Positions 1 to 9,535 of a DNA stretch of 37,183 nucleotides are shown here, one piece after another. Every line of letters begins with the position of its first letter. Position 1 is the first letter of the stretch. The position numbers and the translations under genes were made by a program. Source of the DNA: an uncultured bacterium (GTDB lineage: Bacteria; Patescibacteriota; Saccharimonadia; CAILAD01; BJGX01); NCBI GenBank assembly GCA_903832035.1, contig CAILAD010000020.1:1-37183 (forward strand). The letters run 5' to 3'. The notes beneath the pieces were generated by a model. That model saw only the letters and a list, made by a program, of their open reading frames with translations. It was not told where the DNA came from and ran no database searches.

Positions 1-345
1 CGTATCGTCTATGAAAATAACTTAATCTTAGTATTCTGCCCGTACGCCAGCCTTTGGCCATTTGAACTCTGGATAATTCCTAAAAGACAGGTAAGTTCTT
101 TTGAAAATATAACCGATAGTGAGATAGACTCGATTGCGATGGCCCTAAAAAGATACCTGAAGAAACTTACTGGCCATAAGATAAGCTTCAATATGTACTT
201 AGAGAATGGCATCAGCCCACACCAGAGATTCTGTTTAAAAATTTGTGGTCGAAGCAACATATGGGGTGGTTTTGAGGTTGCTAGTGGAATAGTTATAAAT
301 ACCGTACCCCCAGAATCAGCAGCCTTATGGTACAAATCTAAATAA
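1..345 (+). CDS. galT: Galactose-1-phosphate uridylyltransferase-like protein (GalT/HIT superfamily), 3' part; 5' end lies outside the window
   Basis: Frame 1 is open from base 1 to TAA 343-345. It reads RIVYEN..FCPYASLWPFELWIIPKR...GGFEVASGIVINTVPPESAA, which matches the GalT C-terminal pattern. The ORF track shows only 139..345. Confidence 0.8.
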   Translation, partial: RIVYENNLILVFCPYASLWPFELWIIPKRQVSSFENITDSEIDSIAMALKRYLKKLTGHKISFNMYLENGISPHQRFCLKICGRSNIWGGFEVASGIVINTVPPESAALWYKSK

Positions 346-346
346 G

Positions 347-640
347 TTAATTTGTGAATAATTTGTAAATATTTGCCCAGGCACTAGTTTTATACAGAAC
401 TACGTAGATGACTAAAAATAATAATAAAACAATAGTAGTTAGAACGGCAGACTTTGAAAGATCGGCTTTTACGTATTTATCTCTCTGGCTCTCTGACTCC
501 GTGACCTGAACCACGTTAGTCTTATTACTAGGCTTGGGAGCTACAGCTTTGTCTGCCGTTCTAATATTTTTCTGAACTACCGGCTTATTGTTATTTAAAA
601 CCTTCTCTTTTCTGGTTTTGCGTTTCTTATTTTTAGACAT
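347..640 (-). CDS. Small membrane protein with basic N-terminus and one C-terminal TM helix
   Basis: 97-aa ORF with a K/R-rich start, hydrophobic segment AVLTTIVLLLFLVIYVVLY and an AAGGA SD upstream. Confidence 0.7.
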   Translation of the reverse strand: MSKNKKRKTRKEKVLNNNKPVVQKNIRTADKAVAPKPSNKTNVVQVTESESQRDKYVKADLSKSAVLTTIVLLLFLVIYVVLYKTSAWANIYKLFTN

Positions 641-735
641 TTAAGTTTCCTTTTAATAATTTTATTTTACAACTATTTTATAACAGTTGCTAATTACTAA
701 GTGCAATAGCTATAATAGAGTATTATTAGTCGCTT

Positions 736-1206
736 ATGAATCTACTTATTATACTATTTATTATTAGCTTAATCGCCCTTGGTTATACCCAGTGGAGCTT
801 ATTGAAACTGCAGAAGAAATATAGTGAATTTCTCGATGGAGCTGAAGCTAAGAAAATTGAAGATTTAATTAAAGATTACTCTCGAGATGTGAAGGAATGT
901 CTGAGTAAACTTGATCAACTAGCGGAGTTTACTGCTAGGATGCATAAGCAGGCTCAGTTCTCTATCTCGAAACAAGCCCTTATTCGCTTCAATCCCTTCG
1001 GTGATACTGGCGGTGACCAGAGTTTTGTTCTAGCACTCCTGGATAACCACAATAACGGTGTAATAATTTCAAGTGTTCACGCTAGGACTGGCACCAGGGT
1101 GTATGCAAAAGAAATTGCCCAAGGCCTTAGTAAGTACAACCTGTCCGACGAGGAGACCGTAGTCCTACAAAAAGCCCTTAACAGCAAGAAGAAACAAGAG
1201 GCCTAG
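736..1206 (+). CDS. DUF4446-family membrane-anchored protein
   Basis: N-terminal TM helix, a coiled coil, then the motif RFNPFGDTGGDQSFVLALLD..NGVIISS.H.R...RVYAK. Confidence 0.85.
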   Translation: MNLLIILFIISLIALGYTQWSLLKLQKKYSEFLDGAEAKKIEDLIKDYSRDVKECLSKLDQLAEFTARMHKQAQFSISKQALIRFNPFGDTGGDQSFVLALLDNHNNGVIISSVHARTGTRVYAKEIAQGLSKYNLSDEETVVLQKALNSKKKQEA

Positions 1207-1578
1207 ATGTTTAATCTTAAAATAAAGAGTAAAAATAATGTTACTCCCTTCAATAACTTTGCTGAATTCTACATTGGTTCAGAGGTATCTGTCGCAGGTA
1301 ATTGCAAGACTGATCAAGATGTCTTTATCGACGGAAAATTCAATGGTTCCATCAGGACAACAGGTCTAGTCGAATTATCCAAGAACTGCAAAGTTGAAGC
1401 AGATATTGATGCTCGCAGTGCGATACTTGAAGGAAGCTACAAGGGTGATATAAGCACATCAGATGAAACACACATAACGAGTTGTGCTAATGTCAGTGGA
1501 AGTATAACTTCTCGCGATATTGTTGTTGATAAAGGAGCGGTAATTAACGCAAATATAAGTATGGAGCAAGACAGCTAA
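1207..1578 (+). CDS. Bactofilin (polymer-forming cytoskeletal protein, CcmA family)
   Basis: Beta-helix repeats: YIGSEVSVAGN, VFIDGKFNGSI, VEADIDARSAILEG, VSGSITSRDIVVDKGA. Confidence 0.9.
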   Translation: MFNLKIKSKNNVTPFNNFAEFYIGSEVSVAGNCKTDQDVFIDGKFNGSIRTTGLVELSKNCKVEADIDARSAILEGSYKGDISTSDETHITSCANVSGSITSRDIVVDKGAVINANISMEQDS

Positions 1579-2390
1579 TGTATGCTTTCTTTCTAGATAA
1601 GAGTGCGCAAGATTCACAGACCTTACAGGACTACCTCCAGGATTGGAAACAGAAAAATAAGATCGCGGGCCAAGACTTTTTAATTGAAGATGTAGATCAA
1701 ATTACAACAATATGCACTAATAAAGGTCGTGAATTCTCTACTGTGGTCGCTGTTGGAGGTGAAGATACCTTTCAGGCTGTTGTAGGTGAGTCAAAAAACT
1801 TTGAAGATAAGACCGTTTTAGCCTATATTCCGACTTCTACTAGCGACCTAACAAAACGGATAGCCGTGCGAGACTACAAAGAGGCCTGTGAAGTTATCGC
1901 TCAAAGAAAGATTATAGAACTAACTGCACTATCTGTTAATAGCCAATATTTCTTGTTCAATTATGAAATTAACATCGTCCATGGAGAGGATGGTAGCACG
2001 CCCACTTCACATATCCACTTAGATAAAGCAATTCAGCTTGATCTACCAACTGATAACATAATTTTGCACAATCGGTACCAAGAATTACTACCCCACAACT
2101 CTCCTCTGATTATCGAAGGGTTTTCAAAAAATATAATATCTAGTGACAAAAGAAGCATATTCAAGCTCGCCAGTCATAGGATTGGTAAGATTGGAGAAAA
2201 CGAAAAAAGACTGCAGCTCAGGATGCCAGCTACAAGAATTAGGGTAGACTCAGAAGCTAGACTGGTTAGCGGTAGTGGTAAGGTACTGAAAAAGCCCTTA
2301 AATATCGGTCTAAACAAAAGACCGATTAGGCTAATTGTTAAGAGGGGTCAGGAAATGCAGGCAGTCCTCTCTCCAGGGTTGATTTCCTGA
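1578..2390 (+). CDS. Degenerate diacylglycerol-kinase catalytic-domain (DAGK/YegS-like) protein
   Basis: TVVAVGGEDTF and LAYIPT resemble the DAGK motifs VVAVGGDGT and LGIIP, but GGDGT is altered. Confidence 0.6.
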   Translation: MYAFFLDKSAQDSQTLQDYLQDWKQKNKIAGQDFLIEDVDQITTICTNKGREFSTVVAVGGEDTFQAVVGESKNFEDKTVLAYIPTSTSDLTKRIAVRDYKEACEVIAQRKIIELTALSVNSQYFLFNYEINIVHGEDGSTPTSHIHLDKAIQLDLPTDNIILHNRYQELLPHNSPLIIEGFSKNIISSDKRSIFKLASHRIGKIGENEKRLQLRMPATRIRVDSEARLVSGSGKVLKKPLNIGLNKRPIRLIVKRGQEMQAVLSPGLIS

Positions 2391-2432
2391 TAAACATATG
2401 ATATTATTGTCAGGAGCTTTAAGGAGATCGGA

Positions 2433-2984
2433 ATAAAAAAACAGCGTTTTAAGCTAAATCATGAAATAAAGGCCTCAACAGTAAGACTGCTGGGGGCTGA
2501 CGGTTCTCAGCTCGGAATAGTGAGCTTAAGCGATGCCATCAAGATGGCACATGAACAAGGATATGATTTAGCTGAAGTATCTCCAGCAGCACAACCACCG
2601 GTTTGCAAAATCTTGGATTGGGGTAAATACCAATACGAACAAGAGAAACAGCGTCAAAAAAGCCGTAAAAAGCAAAAAAGTATTGAGGTTAAGCAAATCA
2701 GGATGGGTCTTAAAATTGGTCAGCACGATATAAACGTAAAACAACGTGCTGCCATAAAATTCTTAACTGCCGGTAACAAGGTAAAACTTACAGCGCGGTT
2801 CAAGGGCCGAGAGATGACACACCCAGAAATTGGTAAATCAGTACTCGAAAAGTTCTTTGAAGGCCTGAACGAGTATGCCACTATTGAATCCCAGCCGAGC
2901 ATGGCAGGTCGAGATATGTCGATAATAGCAGTTCCTAAAAAAGAATTAACACCAGTTGATAACAAATCAGAAAAAGAAGCATAG
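2433..2984 (+). CDS. infC: Translation initiation factor IF-3 with non-canonical start (ATA 2433, alternatively ATC 2427)
   Basis: The IF3 N-terminus LNHEIKASTVRLLGADGSQLGIVS continues in frame upstream of the track's GTG 2520. No in-frame ATG is present. AAGGAG at 2421-2426. PPVCKILDWGKYQYEQ and FKGRE motifs. Confidence 0.95.
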   Translation: MKKQRFKLNHEIKASTVRLLGADGSQLGIVSLSDAIKMAHEQGYDLAEVSPAAQPPVCKILDWGKYQYEQEKQRQKSRKKQKSIEVKQIRMGLKIGQHDINVKQRAAIKFLTAGNKVKLTARFKGREMTHPEIGKSVLEKFFEGLNEYATIESQPSMAGRDMSIIAVPKKELTPVDNKSEKEA

Positions 2985-2992
2985 GATAAACA

Positions 2993-3190
2993 ATGCCAAA
3001 GCAAAAAACCAATAAAACCATGAGTAAGAGAATTAAGATTACCGCTACCGGTAAGGTTTTACGTAGAAAAGCCAGTAGAGCTCACAAGCTAACCCTAAAA
3101 TCGGGCGCTAGAAAACGTGGCTACACTCTTGAGCACGGCATGGCTAAAGGTGACGCTAAGAATGCTAAGAAGATGGTAGGAGCCAAATAA
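2993..3190 (+). CDS. rpmI: 50S ribosomal protein L35
   Basis: [18 protein letters not shown]; lies between infC and rplT. Confidence 0.95.
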   Translation: MPKQKTNKTMSKRIKITATGKVLRRKASRAHKLTLKSGARKRGYTLEHGMAKGDAKNAKKMVGAK

Positions 3191-3531
3191 TGAGAGTTAA
3201 AAGAGGTGTAACAACCCATAAAAGACATAAAAAAATTATCAAACTTACTAAAGGTTATAGTAAGTCCAGAAGAAGTAGCTACCGAAAAGCTCATGAAGCT
3301 GTACTAAAAGCTCTTAGTTATCAGTACCGTGACCGCAGAAACCTAAAAAGAGACATGCGAGCACTATGGATAACTAGAATAGGTGCTGCCGCAAGACTAA
3401 ACGGAACCACCTACTCGGCCCTGACTGCAGGTCTTAAAAAAGCCGATATCCAGTTAAACCGTAAGACCCTCGCAGAGCTAGCTGTAAATCAGCCTAAAGC
3501 CTTTGAAGCGGTAGTAAAAGCTGCCAAGTAA
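3190..3531 (+). CDS. rplT: 50S ribosomal protein L20
   Basis: [39 protein letters not shown]. Confidence 0.97.
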   Translation: MRVKRGVTTHKRHKKIIKLTKGYSKSRRSSYRKAHEAVLKALSYQYRDRRNLKRDMRALWITRIGAAARLNGTTYSALTAGLKKADIQLNRKTLAELAVNQPKAFEAVVKAAK

Positions 3532-3542
3532 TACCAGCAAAT

Positions 3543-3580
3543 AAAAATGACCCACGCGAACTGTAGTGGGTCATTTTTTT
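3543..3580. terminator. Bidirectional intrinsic terminator
   Basis: AAAAATGACCCAC-loop-GTGGGTCATTTTTTT between convergent genes. Confidence 0.85.
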
Positions 3581-3591
3581 GTATTAATATT

Positions 3592-4833
3592 CTAGAGAGA
3601 TTTTAAGGCCTGTATAGGACGCTTTCTGGCGGCCTTTACGGCTGGGGCTACACCAAACACCACTCCGACGAACAAACTAACGCCTATGGCAAGTATAAGT
3701 GCTTTAACGCTAAATATAGGCGTGATACCTGCAACCTTTTTGATTACTAAGCCAGCTAAGTAGCTAAGTCCAAGTCCCAATAGACCTCCAGCTATAGACA
3801 GTATCACTGCTTCAATCAAGAATTGACTTAAAATATTTCCACTAGTGGCGCCTATAGCTTTACGTATACCTATTTCTCGGGTACGCTCACTAACCGTCAC
3901 AAGCATAATATTCATAATTCCAATTCCACCAACCAGCAGGCTTATAGAAGCTATAGCCACAACAAAGGTTGTGAGTAGGTCGAGGATTGTATTAAATGTG
4001 GTCAGCAGATCTTTTTGAGTAAGGACGCTAAAGTCTTCTTGGCCACCATGATTTTTCTTCAACTGGTCTTTTATAGCCTGCTGAGCTGAATCGATATCTT
4101 GTGGTTTATCTACCTGAGCCTGTATCCTAAATATCTGATTTGAGCCCGTCACGACGTTAGCAGTGTTGATTGGTATATAAACCACATCATCAGATCCGGG
4201 ACCAAAACCCGTGCCAGTGTCGGACTTTTTGGTCACACCTACAATGGTAAATAGTTGCCCTTTAATAGATATTTGTTTACCTATTGCATCGGTTGAGCCA
4301 AATAAATTCTGTTTAGTATCTGCCCCAATAATAGCAACCTTTCTTGACGAAGCATTGTCCTGGTTGGTAAAGAAGGCACCATTATCATACTTTAAATCCC
4401 TAATGCTACTATAGTTAGCTGTCGTTCCAAATATATATGGTGTATTGGTAGAAAGCTGATCATAAACAACTGCTGATGAAATAAGATTATACGGAGCTAC
4501 CTCAGTGACGTGATTAATTTTGTCGAGACTTGCAACATCGGCCTGAGTTAATGTAGATGCACCAACACTTCCGGCAAAGTTGAATCCGCCGGTAGTCTTC
4601 TGTTGTTGACCATTTTTAGCAGTACTACCACTGGTCTGGCCAGATAAGATAGTCAGGAGATTAGTTCCTAGGCCTGATACTTGGCCCGAAACCTGTGACT
4701 TAACGCCATCACCCACGGCAATCATGACAAGGACTGCAAAAACACCTATAATGATGCCCAGCATAGTAAGAAAGGACCTTAACTTAGCAGACTTAATACT
4801 TATTAAGGCCATTTTTATGTTTTGCAAAATCAT
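3592..4833 (-). CDS. MacB/FtsX-family ABC transporter permease
   Basis: LRSFLTMLGIIIGV, a large extracytoplasmic loop and ISLLVGGIGIMNIMLVTVSERTREIGIRKAIGA. Confidence 0.95.
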   Translation of the reverse strand: MILQNIKMALISIKSAKLRSFLTMLGIIIGVFAVLVMIAVGDGVKSQVSGQVSGLGTNLLTILSGQTSGSTAKNGQQQKTTGGFNFAGSVGASTLTQADVASLDKINHVTEVAPYNLISSAVVYDQLSTNTPYIFGTTANYSSIRDLKYDNGAFFTNQDNASSRKVAIIGADTKQNLFGSTDAIGKQISIKGQLFTIVGVTKKSDTGTGFGPGSDDVVYIPINTANVVTGSNQIFRIQAQVDKPQDIDSAQQAIKDQLKKNHGGQEDFSVLTQKDLLTTFNTILDLLTTFVVAIASISLLVGGIGIMNIMLVTVSERTREIGIRKAIGATSGNILSQFLIEAVILSIAGGLLGLGLSYLAGLVIKKVAGITPIFSVKALILAIGVSLFVGVVFGVAPAVKAARKRPIQALKSL

Positions 4834-5531
4834 TGTGCCAACCTCTTGTTATGCAGTAAGCCGTCCCTAACCCAAACTATCCTGTTAGCATACTCACCGA
4901 TTTCTGGATTATGAGTAACGACTACTATTGTTACGCCTTGTTTATTGAGGTCTTTGAGCAAATTCATTATTTCAGTACCTGTTTTAGTATCTAAGTTACC
5001 TGTTGGCTCATCAGCCAATATGAGGCTAGGGTCATTTGTTAGAGCCCTGGCTATAGCAACCCTCTGAACCTGACCTCCACTCATTCGATTTGATTTATGC
5101 TTTGCTTTATCCAGCAGACCAACTTTTCTTAACACTTCTTCGGTCTTTTTCTTTCTAAAAGACTTACTCTTTCTGGCATAGACCATTGGTAGCTCTACGT
5201 TCTGACTGACATTTAGTCGTGGCAGTAAATTAAAGCTCTGAAAAACAAAACCTATCTTATCCCTTCTTAACCCAGCAAGTTTTTTAGGGCTAAGTGTAGC
5301 AATATCTACATCATCTAGTAGAAATACGCCTGAAGTAGGTTTATCTAATAGACCTATAATATTCATAAGTGTAGACTTTCCCGAACCAGAGGGCCCCATG
5401 ATTGCCACGAAGTCACCTTCATTTATTTGAAGATCGACATCTTTTAGTGCATCAAGTACCCCGGCTTCATCGTCGTAACGTTTACCTAAGCTCTTCATAT
5501 ATATAACTGAGTTTTTATTATTTTTTTGCAT
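4830..5531 (-). CDS. ABC transporter ATP-binding protein (MacB/LolD type)
   Basis: Walker A GPSGSGKST, GFVFQSFNL, MSGGQVQRVAIARAL, LILADEPTGNLD. Confidence 0.95.
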   Translation of the reverse strand: MQKNNKNSVIYMKSLGKRYDDEAGVLDALKDVDLQINEGDFVAIMGPSGSGKSTLMNIIGLLDKPTSGVFLLDDVDIATLSPKKLAGLRRDKIGFVFQSFNLLPRLNVSQNVELPMVYARKSKSFRKKKTEEVLRKVGLLDKAKHKSNRMSGGQVQRVAIARALTNDPSLILADEPTGNLDTKTGTEIMNLLKDLNKQGVTIVVVTHNPEIGEYANRIVWVRDGLLHNKRLAQ

Positions 5532-6975
5532 AGATAAAACTTAATACTTGGTCAGAATTAACATTACCATTATATGACAGAATTGTATCTTTACCTAATA
5601 TCTGTCTGTCTAGAGGGGTGACGTTTGATGCGTCAAGCTGGTACCCTCCATTAGGTAGGGTTAGTGTATAGCTCAAATCATATGGCCAACCGCCTATTTG
5701 CTTTTGGATAAAGGTATTTATTGCTAACTTATCACCAAACAAGTACTTTGTGGGTAATTTATACCTCAAGGTTACGGTACTTTCAGACAGGGGTGTGATA
5801 TTTCTGTAATACCCAAGAACTAACTTATCCAGCTCTTGATGCTGTGAGATATTACCTATTCCAATAGATGAATTTAATAACTTGGCATCCTTAGGAAGTG
5901 CCATACTTACGTAGCTATGATCATCGCCTATAAGCCACCGCTTCTCGGTGGGGATATTTGGATCGATATAGGAAATTCTATATCCAGAGGTGTGCCTGGA
6001 GATTATTTTTAGATCTATAGTACTAGATCCGTCGGTCTCTACAAACTGATTCATGACTACGGAATTTTTTATGTAGGGTGAGCTTTTATTAGCTGCTATA
6101 TTGGCATCTGCCATCATGAAGTAATTATCGTCGGTTTGCTTTACTTCGCCCGCTGCACCAATACTCTTTATGATATCCTCGACCTGGGTGTTGCTACTGT
6201 AGATAACTATTTGTTTTTGGTCGATTAGTTGCTGGAATAATGTTGAGTACGACTTTAGTTCAATAATATTTTTAGACAATAACCTAGTAATTAGTTGATT
6301 TGAAAGCTCTCCAAGTATTCCAGATTTAGGGTCCTTACCCAATACTTTATCTCTACCTGTTTCAACCTCTAGCTGAACATTATCCCTAAAGTTATCCTTA
6401 GTTACCGTGATATTGTAGTCCTTTAAATTAACTGGTCCGAGCTTATCTAGTAGCGCAACTATGACTTCGGGTGTAAACTGCACAACGTTATTAACAGGTA
6501 CAGAGGTATACTGTTGATAATAATACATCGCTTCTTTAGCATTATCTGGGAAACTTAAGCTATTGCTGCTATCCCTTATTGAGGTGCACGGACCAATGCC
6601 CAACAAATAAGTAGGTGGCTGGTAAACCTTATTCAAACATCCGTCGCCAGTATCTATTGCATAGATACCGATTAGTTTATCTGGAACTATCTTGCCCTTA
6701 TTAGAACTAATCAAGCCTACTGTACCTATAAATCCACCGCCGGTTCGGATCTCGGCATTATTAGCTAGTAGTAACAGAGATTTTTGAGGCGTATTATACC
6801 CAGCCATAATCTTATAGAGCTGCTGATACTTAGATAAGTCTTTAGATTTTTGATCCACTGATTGCAAGTAGCTACCGACCTTAATAGACGCTACAAAGGC
6901 GCAGAATATTAAACAAGATATAGCCAGCACAACTGGCAACCTGGGTATACCTCTGTTTTTATTGGTCGAGGGCAT
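5518..6975 (-). CDS. DUF4012-domain membrane-anchored protein
   Basis: N-terminal TM helix; LLLANNAEIRTGGGFIG and DANIAANKS motifs. Confidence 0.8.
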   Translation of the reverse strand: MPSTNKNRGIPRLPVVLAISCLIFCAFVASIKVGSYLQSVDQKSKDLSKYQQLYKIMAGYNTPQKSLLLLANNAEIRTGGGFIGTVGLISSNKGKIVPDKLIGIYAIDTGDGCLNKVYQPPTYLLGIGPCTSIRDSSNSLSFPDNAKEAMYYYQQYTSVPVNNVVQFTPEVIVALLDKLGPVNLKDYNITVTKDNFRDNVQLEVETGRDKVLGKDPKSGILGELSNQLITRLLSKNIIELKSYSTLFQQLIDQKQIVIYSSNTQVEDIIKSIGAAGEVKQTDDNYFMMADANIAANKSSPYIKNSVVMNQFVETDGSSTIDLKIISRHTSGYRISYIDPNIPTEKRWLIGDDHSYVSMALPKDAKLLNSSIGIGNISQHQELDKLVLGYYRNITPLSESTVTLRYKLPTKYLFGDKLAINTFIQKQIGGWPYDLSYTLTLPNGGYQLDASNVTPLDRQILGKDTILSYNGNVNSDQVLSFIYAKK

Positions 6976-8066
6976 TATATGTGCTCTTTTATCGTATTGC
7001 GGATATTGGCCTTGAAGTTTTCTTTAGAAAATAATTTAGCCCTTTTGATAATTTTATCCCTATTAAAGACTTTGTCTTCGAGACTTATAATTGCTGCCAT
7101 CAGGCTCTGCATGGTCTGCTCTTTAAAAAATATTCCTGTCTCGCCATCGACTACGGTTTCTGCGGCGCCACCAAATCCGTAAGTGATCACTGGTTTACCA
7201 GCAGCCATAGCCTCCACAGGTGTAATGCCGAAGTCTTCATAGGCTGTAAAAATGAATGCCTTACAGCCCAAATATAGTTTGGTGATATGCTTATCGCTTA
7301 GAGCACCCTTAAAAACTACTGTATCACCGGCGATAGACTTAAGTTTTTTCAATTCTGGACCAACCCCAACAACAACTAACTTCTTACCGAGCTCCGTACA
7401 GGCTTTTACAGCCAGGTCTACTCTTTTATAAGGTATGAGCCGGCCTACCACCAAATAGTAATCACCATCTTTTGATTGTTGAGAAGCAAATCTATCGATA
7501 TCAACTGGCGGATTAATAACAGCTGACTTCCTCTTGTAGTATTGACTGATCCTCTTCTGGACGGTATTAGAGTTAGCTACTAGGAAGTCAGGTCTCTGAG
7601 CAGCCGCAAAATCCCAGCGTCGCATCTTCTTAACTAACCTTGGCAATATAAGCTTAGCAAGGGGGCTAAAAATCCCTAGTCCGGGCGACTCTAGGTAATC
7701 TTCATATCCGCTCCAGTAATACCTTGTAGGGGTATGTATGTAGCTAATATGGGTAGTTCCTGTTGGGGTTATGATTCCTTTTGACTCCGCACTGCTAGAC
7801 GATATCACTAAGTCATATTGACTAAAATCAAAACTCTCAAAAGCCAGGGTTCTAAGGGTTGGATAAAGTTGGTGCTTCTTGATTGCCATAGGCCATTTTT
7901 GCAGAAAAGAGGTTCTTATATCTGCATTAGTAAAAAGCTTAAGTCGATCCTTGTCATAAACACTAGTGTAGATTGGTGCCTCCGGAAACATTTCGTGTAA
8001 TGCCTCAACAACTCTCTCACCACCTCCTAGATTGGTTAGCCAATCATGAACGATAGCCACCCTCAC
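6975..8066 (-). CDS. Glycosyltransferase family 4 (GT-B)
   Basis: MRVAIVHDWL..GGGERV, GRLIPYKRVD, EDFGITPVEAMAAGKPVI. Confidence 0.95.
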   Translation of the reverse strand: MRVAIVHDWLTNLGGGERVVEALHEMFPEAPIYTSVYDKDRLKLFTNADIRTSFLQKWPMAIKKHQLYPTLRTLAFESFDFSQYDLVISSSSAESKGIITPTGTTHISYIHTPTRYYWSGYEDYLESPGLGIFSPLAKLILPRLVKKMRRWDFAAAQRPDFLVANSNTVQKRISQYYKRKSAVINPPVDIDRFASQQSKDGDYYLVVGRLIPYKRVDLAVKACTELGKKLVVVGVGPELKKLKSIAGDTVVFKGALSDKHITKLYLGCKAFIFTAYEDFGITPVEAMAAGKPVITYGFGGAAETVVDGETGIFFKEQTMQSLMAAIISLEDKVFNRDKIIKRAKLFSKENFKANIRNTIKEHI

Positions 8067-8068
8067 TG

Positions 8069-9487
8069 CTAGTACCCGCTTCTTCTAAGTAGTAGCGTTG
8101 GGATTGTGCGCAAGATAATAGCCACATCCATACCTACATTCCAATTCTCGATATAATAAATATCTAACTTCACTCTAGAGTCATAATCAATATCGTTCCT
8201 GCCTGAGACCTGCCACAAGCCAGTTAGCCCCGGTTTGATATGCAAGAATAATCCGGATTCATCACCATACCTTTTAAGTTCCTCTTCGGTAATTGGTCTT
8301 GGTCCAACAAAACTAATGTCATTTTTTAAAATATTAAAAAGCTGAGGCAGCTCGTCTAGACTAGTTTGTCTCAAAAACTTACCTAGCACATTAAGCCGCG
8401 GGTCATTTTTAACCTTCATGTCCCTCTCAAACTCTTCGACTAATGCTGGGTCGTTAAACGTCTTTAATACCTCTAGAGTGCTTTTGCCGCCATACTCACC
8501 ACCTGTACAATACTTTGATTTCATAGTCCTGAATTTTATAACCTTAATTTTTTTACCCGACCTAGTAAGTCTTTCGTGTTTGTAAAAAATAGGTCCCTTA
8601 TCTGTTAACTTAATCATTACGGCAATTATTAACATTAAGGGAAGAGCTATTATAAATATAATTATTAATAAAATTAAGTCCATAAATCGCTTAAGTATTC
8701 TACTCCAACCATCTAGGGGTGTAGGGACTATTTCTAAGACTGGCAAATTATTCAGTCTGCCCATGCGTGTTGGAGCATCATTTAGCTCCATTAGCGAGGG
8801 TAATATATGTAGCTGCAGCTGATTCTGACGACAAAAATTAACTAACTTAGAAATAGTTCCCTGGGGCACCTCCTCCTCAACGATAAAAATATCATCGAGT
8901 ATATACTTCTTATTAATTCTATCTAACTTACTAATATCTAAGCTACTATCTATTGCTAAGTTCTTAACTACTCGGTAGGCCGGGGATTCTTCAGGTATAA
9001 CACGGGCTAGGTTTATTCTAGCTGGACCTCTACCGACAACCAGGGTGTTGTGTACACCAACCCCATACCTAAACAGCATTCTCTGAATTGTATAGATCAC
9101 GACCCTAGCCAACCCTACAAAAATAATAGCAAAAACCAAACCGTAAACTGGTATCGACTTGGAGGGAAACAGTGGACTAGATCTGAAAAAGTCCATTATT
9201 ATTAGAAGCATCACACCAGCAGATGATGCAACAGCAACACGTGACAATTCATAGAGTCTAGACCTGGTTGAATTAAGCTTATACAGCCCAGCGAATGCAT
9301 ATATCACAATCCATACCAAGAGTACTGGCAGGATGACCTTTAGAAAGCTTCGGCCACTGACCAGGTAAGCAAGGGGTTTATTTTGATCATGCCTGACTAT
9401 AAATGCAGTCGCAAAGCCGGCCACAATCATAATATAATCTATCGGGATTAACACCACTCTGAAAAATAATTCACTACTCTTCTTCAT
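8069..9487 (-). CDS. Polyprenyl-phosphate glycosylphosphotransferase (WcaJ/WbaP-type initiating sugar transferase)
   Basis: KFRTM, NDPR, LRQTSLDELPQLFNIL..SFVGPRP, KPGLTGLWQVSGR. Start moved to ATG 9487 (MKKSSELFF) because the track's longer start lies inside rnpB. Confidence 0.92.
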   Translation of the reverse strand: MKKSSELFFRVVLIPIDYIMIVAGFATAFIVRHDQNKPLAYLVSGRSFLKVILPVLLVWIVIYAFAGLYKLNSTRSRLYELSRVAVASSAGVMLLIIMDFFRSSPLFPSKSIPVYGLVFAIIFVGLARVVIYTIQRMLFRYGVGVHNTLVVGRGPARINLARVIPEESPAYRVVKNLAIDSSLDISKLDRINKKYILDDIFIVEEEVPQGTISKLVNFCRQNQLQLHILPSLMELNDAPTRMGRLNNLPVLEIVPTPLDGWSRILKRFMDLILLIIIFIIALPLMLIIAVMIKLTDKGPIFYKHERLTRSGKKIKVIKFRTMKSKYCTGGEYGGKSTLEVLKTFNDPALVEEFERDMKVKNDPRLNVLGKFLRQTSLDELPQLFNILKNDISFVGPRPITEEELKRYGDESGLFLHIKPGLTGLWQVSGRNDIDYDSRVKLDIYYIENWNVGMDVAIILRTIPTLLLRRSGY

Positions 9488-9504
9488 AATCTTTTTTATT
9501 ATAC

Positions 9505-9535
9505 CAAAATACCCCCAAAAAATGGGGGTATTTTG
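9505..9535 (-). terminator. Hairpin just 3' of rnpB, probable terminator
   Basis: CAAAATACCCCCA-N5-TGGGGGTATTTTG, a perfect 13-bp inverted repeat. Confidence 0.7.

Noticed and set aside
9-335. 108-aa minus-strand ORF
   Set aside because: It is the antisense shadow of the GalT-like frame, which is open from base 1 on the + strand.
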